55,535 nt of DNA, taken from the NCBI GenBank assembly GCA_004431415.1, contig QPMI01000690.1:1-55535 (forward strand), given 5' to 3'. This stretch comes from Cyanophora paradoxa CCMP329. Taxonomy: Eukaryota; Plantae; Glaucophyta. Within the stretch, counting starts at the first letter, position 1; each line of letters opens with the position of its first letter. The translations under genes were made by a program, and so were the position numbers. Under the pieces are notes generated by a model, which worked only from the letters and a program-made list of their open reading frames with translations, did no database searches and was not told the origin of the DNA. This document shows, piece by piece, positions 23,685 through 35,164 of this stretch.

Positions 23685-24410
23685 ATGGAAACTTCGACGG
23701 GCCCGCGGCCGCCAATTCATTTGCATTTGCCGATTCATAGCGCGAATTTCGCCGCGAAATGCTTGACCGCGAGCCCGCGCGATCCCGAGGTCGACGGCGA
23801 TCCTCGAACTCGTGCGCGTGATCACGACGGGTTCGGGGGCGGTTGCCGGGAGGGTTCAGAGGGGTCCGAGTCGGGGACGGGGACCGGGGTGGCGGCGCCG
23901 GCGGCTCCGGCGCCTGGCCATGCATATGGGCCCTGCTTCGCGGCGCGCTGCGCCCCGGACGGCGAGCGGGTCGATCTCTGCGACGCCCTCGTGCGGCAAT
24001 CCATCCTGCTGGCGTCCCTGTCCGAGTGCAGCGACGTCGGCCTGGGCGGCGCGCTCGAGGCCACGCCCGTCGATCTGCCGGCGACGGCGGACACCGTGAG
24101 GCTCGCCAACGCGGCGGCGTCGGGCGCCTGGCCGCCCGATCCAGTCCCGCTGCCCCTCTATTTCTCGCTCATCGACCTGCTCCAATTTTTGGACGCTTAT
24201 GCGGGCCCGCTCGGCCTCCAGGTCGTAGGGCGGGCCGCGGCCGAGGCGTCCCGGATCGACATCAAGACGCTCCTGCGCGCCCTGGACGCGCGCTGGGCTC
24301 CGCCCCGAGCCCGCCCCGGCGCCCGCGACCGCGGGGCCCCCGGCCCGCGCTCGCGCAAGCGACCCAGGTCTCCGATCGCGAACCCAGCAGATCTAGATCT
24401 AGAGGCCTAG
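23685..24410 (+). CDS. Skp1/BTB-POZ-like protein with C-terminal basic NLS-like patch
   Basis: CAPDGERVDLCDALVRQSILLASL...PVDLPATADTVRL...YFSLIDLLQFLD resembles Skp1 (SSDGE.F.V...A.QS.TI...IPLP.V...LF.LI.AANYLD). RKRPR near the C-terminus. Alternative start at 23610. Confidence 0.55.
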   Translation: METSTGPRPPIHLHLPIHSANFAAKCLTASPRDPEVDGDPRTRARDHDGFGGGCREGSEGSESGTGTGVAAPAAPAPGHAYGPCFAARCAPDGERVDLCDALVRQSILLASLSECSDVGLGGALEATPVDLPATADTVRLANAAASGAWPPDPVPLPLYFSLIDLLQFLDAYAGPLGLQVVGRAAAEASRIDIKTLLRALDARWAPPRARPGARDRGAPGPRSRKRPRSPIANPADLDLEA

Positions 24411-24624
24411 GGGCGAGGGGCCGGGCGCGGCCTCGAGACCTAGGCCTACACAGACATCCGTTTTATATATAGCTAGCTTTTTTATTATACATTGGGAGCG
24501 CGCGATTCTACGAACTTCCGAACCGCATGCGCTCGAGCACGAGTCTCCCAGAGGGAGAAGAAGGGGGTACAGGCCAAGAGGGAGGGGGAAGTATCAGGGG
24601 GGGGGAATTCGTGGCGGTGGGGAG

Positions 24625-25290
24625 GGGGCGAACGGTTGCAAGGGGGGTACAGGCGGTCTCGCATGGGGTTCTGGATCTTCTAACGGGGGCGAGGCGAGTT
24701 TCCAAAAGGCGGGGCAGGGGCGTGTGTGAAGGGGTACAGCGCGCGACTCGAAGCGTCTCCCCCTAGAGGGGGGCGTGGCGAGTTTCCAGAGGGGGGGGGG
24801 GTAGGGGGTACAAGGGGAATTCGAGCGCGACCACAATGCAGACTAGGATCGCTCCCTCCATCCTTGGAACAGGAACCCTTCCGGGGCGAACGGTTGCAAG
24901 GGGGTACAGGCGGTCTCGCATGGGGTTCTGGATCTTCTAACGGGGCGAGGCGAGTTTCCAAAAGGCGGGCAGGGCGTGTGAAGGGGTACAGCGCGCGACT
25001 CGAAGCGTCTCCCCCTAGAGGGGGCGTGGCGAGTTTCCAGAGGGGGGGTAGGGGGTACAAGGGGGAATTCGAAGGCCTCGCCGCACCCTAGCTATAGGAG
25101 GGCCGGGGCGAGTTTCCAGAAGGCTCGGAGTGGGTGTGCGGGCGCCCTCGAAATTAAAGGTACATCCTCTGGGGTGGACGTGGTGAGTTTCCAGGGGGCG
25201 AGGCGTGAGGAAGTAAGGGGTGGAGATTTCGAAGGTTAGCACCCTCTTTATCCAGCTATAGCTGGGGGAGCACGGCGAGTTTCCAGAGAA
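24625..25290. repeat. ~258-bp tandem duplication and scattered GGCGAGTTTCCA motifs
   Basis: GGGGCGAACGGTTGCAAGGGGGGTACAGG occurs at ~24625 and ~24883. Confidence 0.85.
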
Positions 25291-25374
25291 CGCGCGCAGG
25301 CGCGGGAGATCTTTGCGGGCCGTGACACCTAGAACTCACCGTCTCGCTCATACTATGATATCCCGCGTCTCGGC

Positions 25375-25960
25375 CCCAGCTGGAAACTCGCCCGCTCCCC
25401 TCAGAGCCTCCGCCCCTTGCTGGAAACTCGCCCCGCTCCCCTCAGAGCCCCCGCCCCCAGCTGGAAACTCGCCCCGCTCCCCTCAGAGCCCTCCCGCCCC
25501 CCAGCTGGAAACTCGCCCCGCTCCCCTCAGAGCCCTCCGCCCCCCAGCTGGAAACTCGCCCCGCTCCCCTCAGAGCCCTCCCGCCCCCAACTGGAAACTC
25601 GCCCGCCCCCCTTAGAGCCCTCCCGCCGCAGCTGGAAACTCGCCCCGCTCCCCCTCAGAGCCCTCCCGCCCCCAGCTGGAAACTCGCCCCGCCCCCCTCA
25701 GAGCCCCCCGCCGCAGCTGGAAACTCGCCCCGCCCCCCTCAGAGCCCCCCGCCGCAGCTGGAAACTCGCCCCGCCCCCCTCAGAGCCTCCCGCCCCCAGC
25801 TGGAAACTCGCCCCGCCCCCCTCAGAGCCCTCCCGCCCCCAGCTGGAAACTCGCCCCGCTCCCCTCAGAGCCCCCCCGCCGCAGCTGGAAACTCGCCCCG
25901 CTCCCCCTCAGAGCCCTCCCGCCCCCCAGCTGGAAACTCGCCCCGCTCCCCCTCAGAGCC
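25375..25960 (+). repeat. ~42-bp tandem array x~14 (CAGCTGGAAACTCGCCCCGCTCCCCTCAGAGCCC...)
   Basis: CTGGAAACTCG recurs every 40-45 nt. Five more units lie at 26460-26680. Confidence 0.95.
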
Positions 25961-27165
25961 CGAGGTGCCGGCGGGGCCGTGACGAGAAACTAGAAGAGAG
26001 GGGCGGGGGAGGGGGGGGGGCGACCTCGCCGGATTGCTCATACCCCGCCCCGCGTCCTGGCCCGCCTCTACCCCCCCCCCTCCCCCTTCCCCCCTCCTCC
26101 CCCCTACCCCCGCTCCCTGAAACTCCCCTGCCCCCCCCGGCGCTCGCGCTAGCCCGCGCGCAGCAAGCGTTCTTCGAGGCTCTTCAGCGCTTGTGCATTT
26201 GGTCAGCGCGCGAGCGGCGCGCGGGGGGTACGTCGCCTCTGGCTTCGATCCTTGCGTACCCCCGAGTCCATCGCCGCCGGCGCGCTTGGCGGAGCTCGCG
26301 ATCGCGGGGCGAGGCGCGGCCCGCGTTCGATATTCAGATGGCCACCGCGCCGCCCACTCCCCACGCTGCGGCGCCGGGCCCAGCGCGACTCGAAAGGATC
26401 TGCAGAGGGGTATGAGCACGCCGAGGGGCCCAGGGGGGCCGAGAGAGACCGCCTACCCTTAGAGCCCTCCCGCCGCAGCTGGAAACTCGCCCCGCCCCCC
26501 CTCAGAGCCCTCCCGCCCCCAGCTGGAAACTCGCCCGCCCCCCTCAGAGCCCTCCGCCCCCCAGCTGGAAACTCGCCCCGCTCCCCTCAGAGCCCCCCGC
26601 CGCAGCTGGAAACTCGCCCCGCTCCCCTCAGAGCCCTCCCGCCCCCAGCTGGAAACTCGCCCCGCTCCCCTCAGAGCCCGAGGTGCCGGCGGGGCCGTGA
26701 CGAGAAACTAGAAGAGAGGGCGGGGGAGGGGGGGGGGCGACCTCGCCGGATTGCTCATACCCCGCCCCGCGTCCTGGCCCGCCTCTACCCCCCCCTCCCC
26801 TTCCCCCCTCCCTCCCCCCCTACCCCCGCTCCCTGAAACTCCCCTGCCCCCCCGGCGCTCGCGCTAGCCGCGCGCAGCAAGCGTTCTTCGAGGCTCTTCA
26901 GCGCTTGTGCATTTGGTCAGCGCGCGAGCGGCGCGCGGGGGGTACGTTGCCTCTGGCTTCGATCCTTGCGTACCCCCGAGTCCATCGCCGCCGGCGCGCT
27001 TGGCGGAGCTCGCGATCGCGGGGCGAGGCGCGGCCCGCGTTCGATATTCAGATGGCCACCGCGCCGCCCACTCCCACGCTGCGGCGCCGGGCCCAGCGCG
27101 ACTCGAAAGGATCTGCAGAGGGGTATGAGCACGCCGAGGGGCCCAGGGGGCCGAGAGAGACCGCG
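25740..27165 (+). repeat. ~718-bp tandem duplication (array tail + ~500 bp unique block)
   Basis: GAGGTGCCGGCGGGGCCGTGACGAGAAACTAG occurs at ~25962 and ~26680. Confidence 0.9.
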
Positions 27166-27200
27166 TACCCCCGCCGCGCAGGAGACTGCAACTGTCCTTC

Positions 27201-28265
27201 TTACATGTCGCCCCGGAGCCGGCGGGTAAACTGAATGTCCTGCCCGGGATTTGAGCGGCCCGTGGATTTGAGCGGCCCGTGGGGGTGGCGGCCCGGGGCG
27301 CGGGGCGATGGGCGCGGGGCGCGGGCCGGGCCCACCTTGGCTGGATCGTGATCCGCTTGGCGTGGATGGCGGCGAGGTTCGCGTCATCGAGACGGTTCAC
27401 GAGAAACTGCGCCCGCAGTCAGGTCAGGCGGGCGCCCGGGAGCGAAGGGGCGGGGAAGGAGCGGGCGCGCACGGCCTCGGCGGCCTCGCGGAGGCACTCG
27501 ATGGCCTCGCGGCGCCAGCGCAGCTCGATATTACCCTCGCCTTCGGCCGCCTTCTTCTCCTTCATGACGTCCTGCCCGATCTCCCTGACCTGCGGCCCGT
27601 GACGCGGGGGGCCGGGCGACCGGAGCGGGCCGGCGCACGAGGCGGGCAAAGCCGGCGTAGCTGATGAGCGCGTTCGTGGTCTGCACGGTGGCGGTGAGCC
27701 GTCTCGGCCGCTCGTACGGCGGGGGCGCGCGCGGAGCCGACGTGCCTTCTGGTACTTGCGGATCTACGGGAGGAGGGAACTGTCCGTCGGGCACGAGCGA
27801 GGGGATCGAGAGAGGCGAGGCGCACCTCGCGAAGTGCCACGGTGCCTTTCAAGACGCCCCGCCAGGTCGCCGGACCGGCGCACGCGTCAGGAATCAGCGG
27901 CGGGGGCGGGGCGGCGGGCCCGGGGGGCGCGTGGGGCGGCAGGGAAACGACCGGGGCGGTAGCGGTGAGGCTTCTTGACCTGGTGACGATGACCAAGGTG
28001 AGCAGAGGCCGGCGCGTGTGCGCGGCCCACGGCTAGCAGTGGCCCCGGGATCCCACGCACCCCGCCGGCCGCGGGCGCGCTCTTGCGGGCGGCCTTGCTC
28101 GAGAGATTCTTCTTGGCGGGCGCGTCCGCGAAGCGCTTGCGAGGAGCCTTCTCTCCCGTGCCCTTCTGACCCTGCGAGCACGACGACGTCGTACGCATCG
28201 GCGGCGCCGGCGCGCGGCGGGACGGCGGCCGGGAGAGAGCTCACGGTGTGCTTCACCCTGGCCAT
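27201..28265 (-). CDS. Histone H3 variant (~155 aa, 9 exons) with CenH3-like histone-fold features
   Basis: Exons: 28265-28245, 28171-28061, 27979-27952, 27845-27826, 27763-27746, 27680-27639, 27589-27473, 27406-27336, 27239-27201. They give MARVKHT-GQKGTGEKAPRK...[55 protein letters not shown]...[40 protein letters not shown](K)-DIQFTRRLRGDM*. One base is missing at the last junction, and intron 5 is GC-AG. Confidence 0.92.
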
Positions 28266-29247
28266 CGAGACGCGCTAGAGTGTGGCTGGAGAGCGTGCGA
28301 CGCGCGCCCCATCCTCGACGCCGGTGGACCCTTTTCTGCGCGACCACCGCGCGCTCGAGTGACAGCGATCGAAGCTGCGGGTCGCTGGATGCGCGGGAGA
28401 TGGCGCGGCCGCGGAGCTGGGCATGTGCATACGAGCAGGAAGAGATATCGATACCCGCGGAGTCGAACCCGCGTGCCTGAAATGCTTGGCTCGTGCGCCG
28501 AATTGGCGTACCCCAGTGAAACCGAATTGGCGTACCCCAGTGACTAGGACCCCCAGGGCCGTTGATAGCCGCGGGCACGCGGCCCGAATCCGATTTCGCG
28601 GTCGCCGCCCCGGCAGGCATCGATTCCCATACAAGGGCACCGGGGTACGGGCGGGACCGAAACTTCGATCCGCTGGGCACCCACCTCCAAATCGGCACCC
28701 TCGCCACCGATTTACTGCTAAATATCACGCTTAGTGCGGATCCACGGATCCTCGTTTATCAAGCAAAACGGATTTCAAAAAGTGCCATACCGGACGTACC
28801 CCCCGTGAAGTAGGGGTTAGATGAATTAATGGACCCGCACTAACACCGCGCAAGACGTCGGGGGGGCCCCTTCTAGCCCCTGGTATTTTTAGTGCGGCAT
28901 AATGACCCGGTCCTGGGACCCTCGATCACGACTTCCGGGGGAGCCCCTTCCCTAGGAGAGGGGGGAAAGACGCGAGCAAGCGAGCCGGCGACGCCGGATT
29001 CGTGCACTACGCTCCCGGCTGCGCTAGTAGCGCGCTTGCAGCCGGCAGCGGGCGAGCCGGTGCGGCGGTGGGGCGAGATCAAATCGAGAGCGACTCCTGA
29101 TCACCGAATCGGTGACTCACGAGTCGCTATGGGGGGGGGGGTACAGCTAGCCGTTGGCGCGGGGGCCCCGGCGGGCGCCCTTAAAGAGATCCCGGGAGCG
29201 GCTCGAGGCTCGGGGATGGCAGAGGGGCGCGCGGGAACGCCCGTGGG

Positions 29248-32200
29248 ATGTTCTCCGTGGTGACAGACACCTACGAGAGGGCCGAGTTCCAGGGGCCCTA
29301 CGGGTGGACGGGCCTGGTCGTGCTCCGCACGGACGCGGGGCCGAGCGTCTGCGTACCCGAGCTCAGGCGCCTCATCGCGTTCACGGGGGGCGACGCGCGC
29401 CTCGGGGAGACCTTTGGGGTCCCGACGCGGCCGCTGCGGGATGAGAACACGATCCTCCTCCTGGAGCACCTCGCCGCCCTCCCCCGCAAGCACTACGACG
29501 CGCAGGAGCGCCCGCCGCACGTCCTCGCCCTGCGCTACGTCGAGACGGTCATAGGCAACTCGTGGGAGCGCTCGCAGGACGTGCGCATGCCCCGGGCGGC
29601 GGCGGAGCTCTATGCGGCGCTGGAGAGGAGAAAGCAGGGCACCTTGCAGCGGCTCGAGATGCAGTTGATTCGGACCGGCGGCGATCGGCTCCTGGCCGTC
29701 CGGGCGCGGCGGATCGAGACGCCGGAGCTGCAGTGGTGGATCCCGCTCGCGAGCCTCGCCGAGGCGGCGTACGGCGACTCGCGCAGCACGAACTGCGTGC
29801 GCCAGGAGATCGTGAGGAAGCACCCCGACCTCGCGGTGGGCGGGCCTCACCGGTTCGAGGCGAGCACGCGGACGGTGGGGCGCGAGCGGCTCGCCCTCCT
29901 GACCCGCACCCTCGTCCACTACGGCGGCCTGGGCGCTGACGTGGCGACGTACGGCTCCGCGCGCCGCTGGGCGTTTATCAGCGCGCTGGGGTGCGAAAAG
30001 GTGCTGGCGGGGCTGCCGGACCGGGCCCCCGGGCTCGCCGCCGAGTTTAAACGAGCGCGGCTCCTCCTGGAGGGGGCCGACCCCGCGACGCTCGACTCGG
30101 CCCCGTCGCTGCCGCTCGCCCCGGCCCCGCGCGTCTCCATCTTCGGACGCAAGACCTGGCTAAAGGTGAGCGGGGCCTCGGCGAGGTGGGGGGTAGGGAG
30201 GCGGGGAAGGGGGGGGGAGGGAGGGGGGGGGTACCGACCACGCCGCAGGACGCCGAGATCGCCAACGTCCTCTCGCTCCTGCTCCTCCGGGCGCACGCGG
30301 GGGACAAGGTCAGGGCCCTGTACCCCATGCACGTCGAGATTCTCGCCTCGCTCCTCCGGCGGTACGCGCGCGCCGACGAGGCCAGGCGCGCGCGGGGAGC
30401 CCTTGGCGCCGCCGAGCGCGGCGCCTGCGTGCTCTGCCCCGTCAGCGTGGGCAACCTGCGGCGCGGCGGGGAGCGCACAAAGGGATGGGCCTCGGGCGGC
30501 CACTGGACCCTCCTCGCCGTCGACGGGAGCGCGAAGCGCGTGGGGTACTGGGACTCGCTCGGCGCGGACCCCGAGCCGAAGCTGCAGCACGCGGCGATGG
30601 CGGCCTTTCCGCGCTTCCCGTTCGTCGTCCAGACGGGCGGCCGCCTGCAGGTGGGGGACGGGTATCAGTGTGCGCGCTCGCCCCGCCCCCCTCCTCCGGC
30701 CCCCTCCCCCGCGCGCCCGCGCCCCCCCTCACCTCGCCGCCGCCGCCGCCGCCGCCGCAGGCGGGCCGTGGACCCTCTGGTTCGCCGAGGTGAAGACGCA
30801 AGAGGTGCTCACGGGCTTTCCCTGGTCCGACGAGATCGAGAGCGGGTGCCTCTCGTACGTGTACCCTGGCGAGGCTATCTCGTCGGCGATCGCGGCGGAG
30901 AACGGGCGGTTCATCGCGGAGAAGCGCGAGGCGTACCGGACGATGCTGGAGAGCGGCGTCGTCGACCAGGCCGTGGCGCTCTTCGACGAAGACTCGCTGC
31001 CGGACGCGGAGCGCGTCGTCCTCCCCGCCGTCCCCGCCACGGCCGCCGCGGCGGCGGCGGCGGCCGCCGCCGCCGCCAAGTCCGTTCGAAAGGCCGGCAA
31101 GGCCGCGGCCGCGGCGGCGGCGGGGGGGCCCTCCATCACCGTCCTCTCCTCGTCCTCGTCCTCGCCGTCCTCCGAGGACGGCGGAGAGGGAGACGAGGAC
31201 GGGGAAGAATCCGAGGGGCGCGCCGACGGGGACGGGGCCGACGCGCCGGCGGGGACAGAGGAGGCCCTCGCCGAAGAGGTGCACGAAGATGGGGAGCCGG
31301 GGGCCGAGCGGCTCGCGCCCTACGCCCTGCGCGAGTCGGAGATGTCACGGGAGCTGAGGAACCAGCTCGCGGCGTTTCAGACGTGGCGCACCTCGGCCCT
31401 CAACCCCGACCGCCAGGGCGGCGCCGCCGAGCGCTCGACGGTCCTCGTCAACGACGTCGGCACGATCTGCCGCCTGCTGGGGTACGTCAAGGAGCGCGAA
31501 CAGGTCGGGCCGCTCACGATGGACCTCTTCGCGCGCACCGATTTCGTGGAGATCTACCTCCGCTTCCTCGGCTACCTCCGCTCCGAGCGCAGGCTCGCGG
31601 CCGGCACCCTCGCGGGGTACACGCAGAGCGTGATGCAGGCCTACGCGTTCGTTCACAGCCGAACCGCCGGGGCCGAGGCGGGGGCCGATCGAGAGGGTCC
31701 GCACGCCCGCCCGCTCCGGAACCTGAAGACGCAGTTGGAGAAGGAGAAGAAGCAGCAGCGGGGGTGGAGGAAGCGCGGACCGAACTGGGTCTCGTTCGAG
31801 GCCGTCCTCTCGGCGCGGCGCGAGGCCCTCGAGGCGTTCGAGGCGGCGCCGCTCGAGCGGGACAGGGCCCTCGCCCTCCGCGAGGCCGTGCTCATCGGGT
31901 TCCTGAGCATCACGCCGGCCCGCGTGGGGGTCGTGCGGCGCCTGCAGATCGGTCAGACGCTGCGGCGCGACGGCGGCGCGTGGGCGATCTCGCTCACCGA
32001 GATGCGGCACGAATCGGGGGAGCTGGTGTCGAAGACGGCCAAGTCGCACGGCGCGATCACGGTCCCCATCGCCAGCCCGCTCCAGGCCCCCCTCGAGACC
32101 TACGTGGAGCGCTACCGCGGCCTCCTGCTGCCCGCCGGGCGCGCCGACGAGGGCTGGCTCTTCGCCTCGAGCAACGGCACCTGCCTCTCGGAGAGCGGGT

Positions 32201-33698
32201 GGGCCGTCTTCGTGCGCAGGGTGATGCTCAAGTACGTGGGCCTCCCGATCACTGCGAAGACGATGCGGGCGATCATCACGACGCACGTGCGGGAGCAGGC
32301 GGCGGCGAACCTGATCGAGAACGAGACCGCGGCGGCCGTCGTCGAGGGCGTCGCCCGCCTCCTCGCCCACACGCCCCAGACGGCGACCCTGCACTACGAT
32401 TACGGGGCGCGCCAGCGCTCGGCGGCGAGCGCCGTGGCGTACCTCGAGCGCCTCGCCCTCCAGCACGAGGCGCGGTCCAGGGGCTCGGCGTCGAGCCCCA
32501 CGGGCCTCCCGGGCGCCTCGTCGTCGGCGCCCCCGCCGCCCCCGCCGCCGCTGCCGCCGCCGCCGCCCTCCCTCCCCCTGGAGGCCCTTCCCGAGCCGCC
32601 TCCAGATCCCGACCCCCGCGCAGCACCCTCCTCCTCTTCCTCCTCCTCCTCGCGATCCGCGCGCGCAGAGGGCCCGGCGCCGTCGCCCGCCGTTGCGGCG
32701 CGGCCGGCCCGCGGCGCGGCCGCCGGGGGGAAGGAGAGCGGGGCGAGGGCCGGGCCGGGGAGCGCCGGGAGCTCGGGGTCGGCCCGGGCCGCCCAGGAGA
32801 GCACCGAGACGAGTTCGGGGTCGCAAGAGGAGGAGGCGGAAGAGGAGGAGGAGGAGGAGGAGGAAGAGGAGGAGGGGGAGGAGAGCGGGTCGTCCGCCGA
32901 GCGGCCCCGGAAACCGAAGCGCTTCCACTGGCAGCGCCGCCGCCTCGACCCGGGGGACCAGATGGAGCTGGACCTCGCCCGGGGCGAGGGCCGCTACTGC
33001 GAGACCTGCAAGCGGGTAAGGAACTCCCCGCCCGCGACCCCCCGAGCACGCGCGCCGCGCACCCTCACCGACTGTAGATCTTCCAGACGGCCGGGGGCGC
33101 CCGCCAGCACGCCCGGAGCTGTTCCGGCGGGGCGAGCCGCACGCGGGAGAGGCGGGGAGGGGGCGCGGGGCACGGGCGAGGGCGCGGGCGGGGTGCGGGG
33201 TCGCCCGCGGCCCTCCCCGCCCCCGTGCACGTCGCGCAGCCGGCTTCCGAGGGGCCCCCGCCTCCGACCTGGCACCTTCGGTGGGTCAGCGCGAGCCCGT
33301 ACCCCCCCGGGCAGGTCGCGGCGGCGATGGCGACGCACTCGACGGACCCGCTCCCGCGGACGGTCTTTGCTCGGCTCGTCCAGACCGTGCGCCTCCCCAG
33401 CGGCGAGTTCGAGTCCCGCTGGGTCGTGCTGCGGCGCTTCGGGGCCTTCTGGACGCCGGGCTCCGAGGGCAGCGCGCGCGAGTGGAGGGGGGTACGGGCG
33501 CTCGCGCCCGTCGACTACGACGCGAGAAACGGGAGCGTGGACATCAGGACGCCCGCCGCCCGCATCTCCGACCTCCTCGGGCTCGGCTCCGGCACGCGGG
33601 CGCCGTCGCCGCCGCCTCCGCGGTCCGGGGCGGGAGCCCGGGGCGAGGGAGGGGCCTTTCGGCCGCGGGGCCGGCCCCGGAAGCGCCCGGGTACCTGA
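29248..33698 (+). CDS. Multidomain tyrosine recombinase (1404 aa spliced): Bro-N-like + Ulp1/C48 protease + YR + C2HC Zn finger + AT-hook
   Basis: Introns 30166-30248, 30670-30760 and 33016-33077 keep frame without any indel. Ulp1: WLK|DAEIAN, GHWTL, WDSL, QVGDGYQC|GPW. YR: PARVG, SKTAK, KTMR, LLAH, LHY. Zn finger: CETCKR|IFQTAGGARQHARSC. AT-hook: RPRGRPRK. Confidence 0.9.
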
Positions 33699-34097
33699 CT
33701 CGGGGGGTCGGTTCGGGCCCCAGCGCCCCAGGCTTGCGGACGCAGCCGGCGCGGTGCGCACCATCGGATCCGCCGTGCTCGAGAGGGGCGGGCAAAACTC
33801 CAACGGGGTCCTGGGGCGAAGGTCGGCTCCGGAGGGGAGGGGGGGGTACGGGTACTTTGTGCGCACCCCCCACGGCGTGCCGCACCTCGTTCGATCGGGA
33901 ATGACAAGGAGAGTGCGGAGAGGCGGTCGGCGGGCCTCGGGGGTGCCGGGGTCGAGGGGTAGATCGAAAAAACTGCGCGGGGCCGGTCTCGGGACGGGAT
34001 GGGCGGCAGCGCGGGGCCGGAGGGGCGAGCTTAAAGCGCACCGACGGTGCTGGGCACAACCGGAGCGCCCCGACCCGCGATCGGGCGCGGTCGGGGG

Positions 34098-35100
34098 ATG
34101 ATGGAGCCCGCCGATCCTCCGTGCCTGCCCGAACCGACGGACCGCCCGCCCGCAGAGGCTCTGCGCCCCCTCCCGCGCGTTCTCCCGCCCCCGCGACCGG
34201 ATCCAAAGCGCCAGAAGCGCGCGCCGTGGCGGAGCAGGGGCCCGCGCTGAGCGGGCGGGCGGGCGGCTGCGGCGCCGCCGCGGGGCGCCTGGTCGGGGAG
34301 GCGGCTGCGACTCCTGCGAGCCATGTCAGAGCGTAGCGGGGTGGAATCGGTGCCGAAATCGCACGCGGGCACGCCTCGTCCTCGGAACGCGTGGGGAGCA
34401 GTCGGATGGCGCGGTCGAGCGGGCTGCGACGGATCGAGGAGCACGTGGGCGCGAGGGAAGAGCGATCGGGATGGATCGGGGCGCGAGGCGCCGCCGGCCG
34501 CTCGCTGTGCGCCGATCGGTGCGCTCGGGGGTTGGGCGCCGGAACAGCACGGTCGAAGCACTCGAATGTGGACGAGCAGGCCGGCCGCGTCCGCAGCAAA
34601 CACGAATCTCGCCGCGAGAGCTCCCGGGGTACGCGGCAGCGGGCGGGGTACAAGGGGATCGTGCTATGCCCGGTCCGCCTGTAGTGTGCGTAAAGCTTAA
34701 GGCCGACGAACCCACAAAGTACGATTGGCCGGCCGTCGAGGCACCTCGGAGCCGAGCCGTCACGAGGTCCGCGCAGCCGCACGCCCGGACGTGCTCTATC
34801 GCCCCCGATCCGCCGCGCATCGTTGAACGGTCCGCCAGGGGAGCGCCTCGACCGCCTGCGCGGCTCCGCCTCGCCGCGGCGGTTATCGTTGCGAGGTGAG
34901 CGGCGCGGGACGCGCCGTCGCGACTTTGGGAGCTCGAGACGCGACGGTCGTTGGTTGAATGTCCCGTCTTCCCGCAGGAACGGCACTCGCCCCGCCCGCG
35001 GGCGCCCCGACCCTGATCACTCGTGCTGGCCATGGCGCGTGCGCGCGCCGCGAGCGCGCCCGTCGCCGGCCCGTCCGCCTCGCGACTCGGCTCGCGTTTG
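34098..35100 (+). CDS. Possible frameshifted/spliced hypothetical gene
   Basis: CTTAAAG lies ~68 nt upstream of the ATG, and there is an intron-like GTGAGC..CCGCAG at ~34895-34977. No clean ORF or recognisable domain. Confidence 0.25.
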
Positions 35101-35164
35101 TCCCACGACCCCTCGCACTCCGTTTGCCGAGCGCCGCTGCAGAGGTTCTCGCGCCCGTACGCGT

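Noticed and set aside
25375-25960. CRISPR-like appearance of the short-period arrays
   Set aside because: The intervening sequences are near-identical rather than unique spacers, there are no cas genes, and the context is eukaryotic.
29248-34101. 1617-aa ORF taken at face value
   Set aside because: It reads through introns into low-complexity off-frame sequence. The spliced model restores the Ulp1, Zn-finger and AT-hook motifs and ends at 33698.
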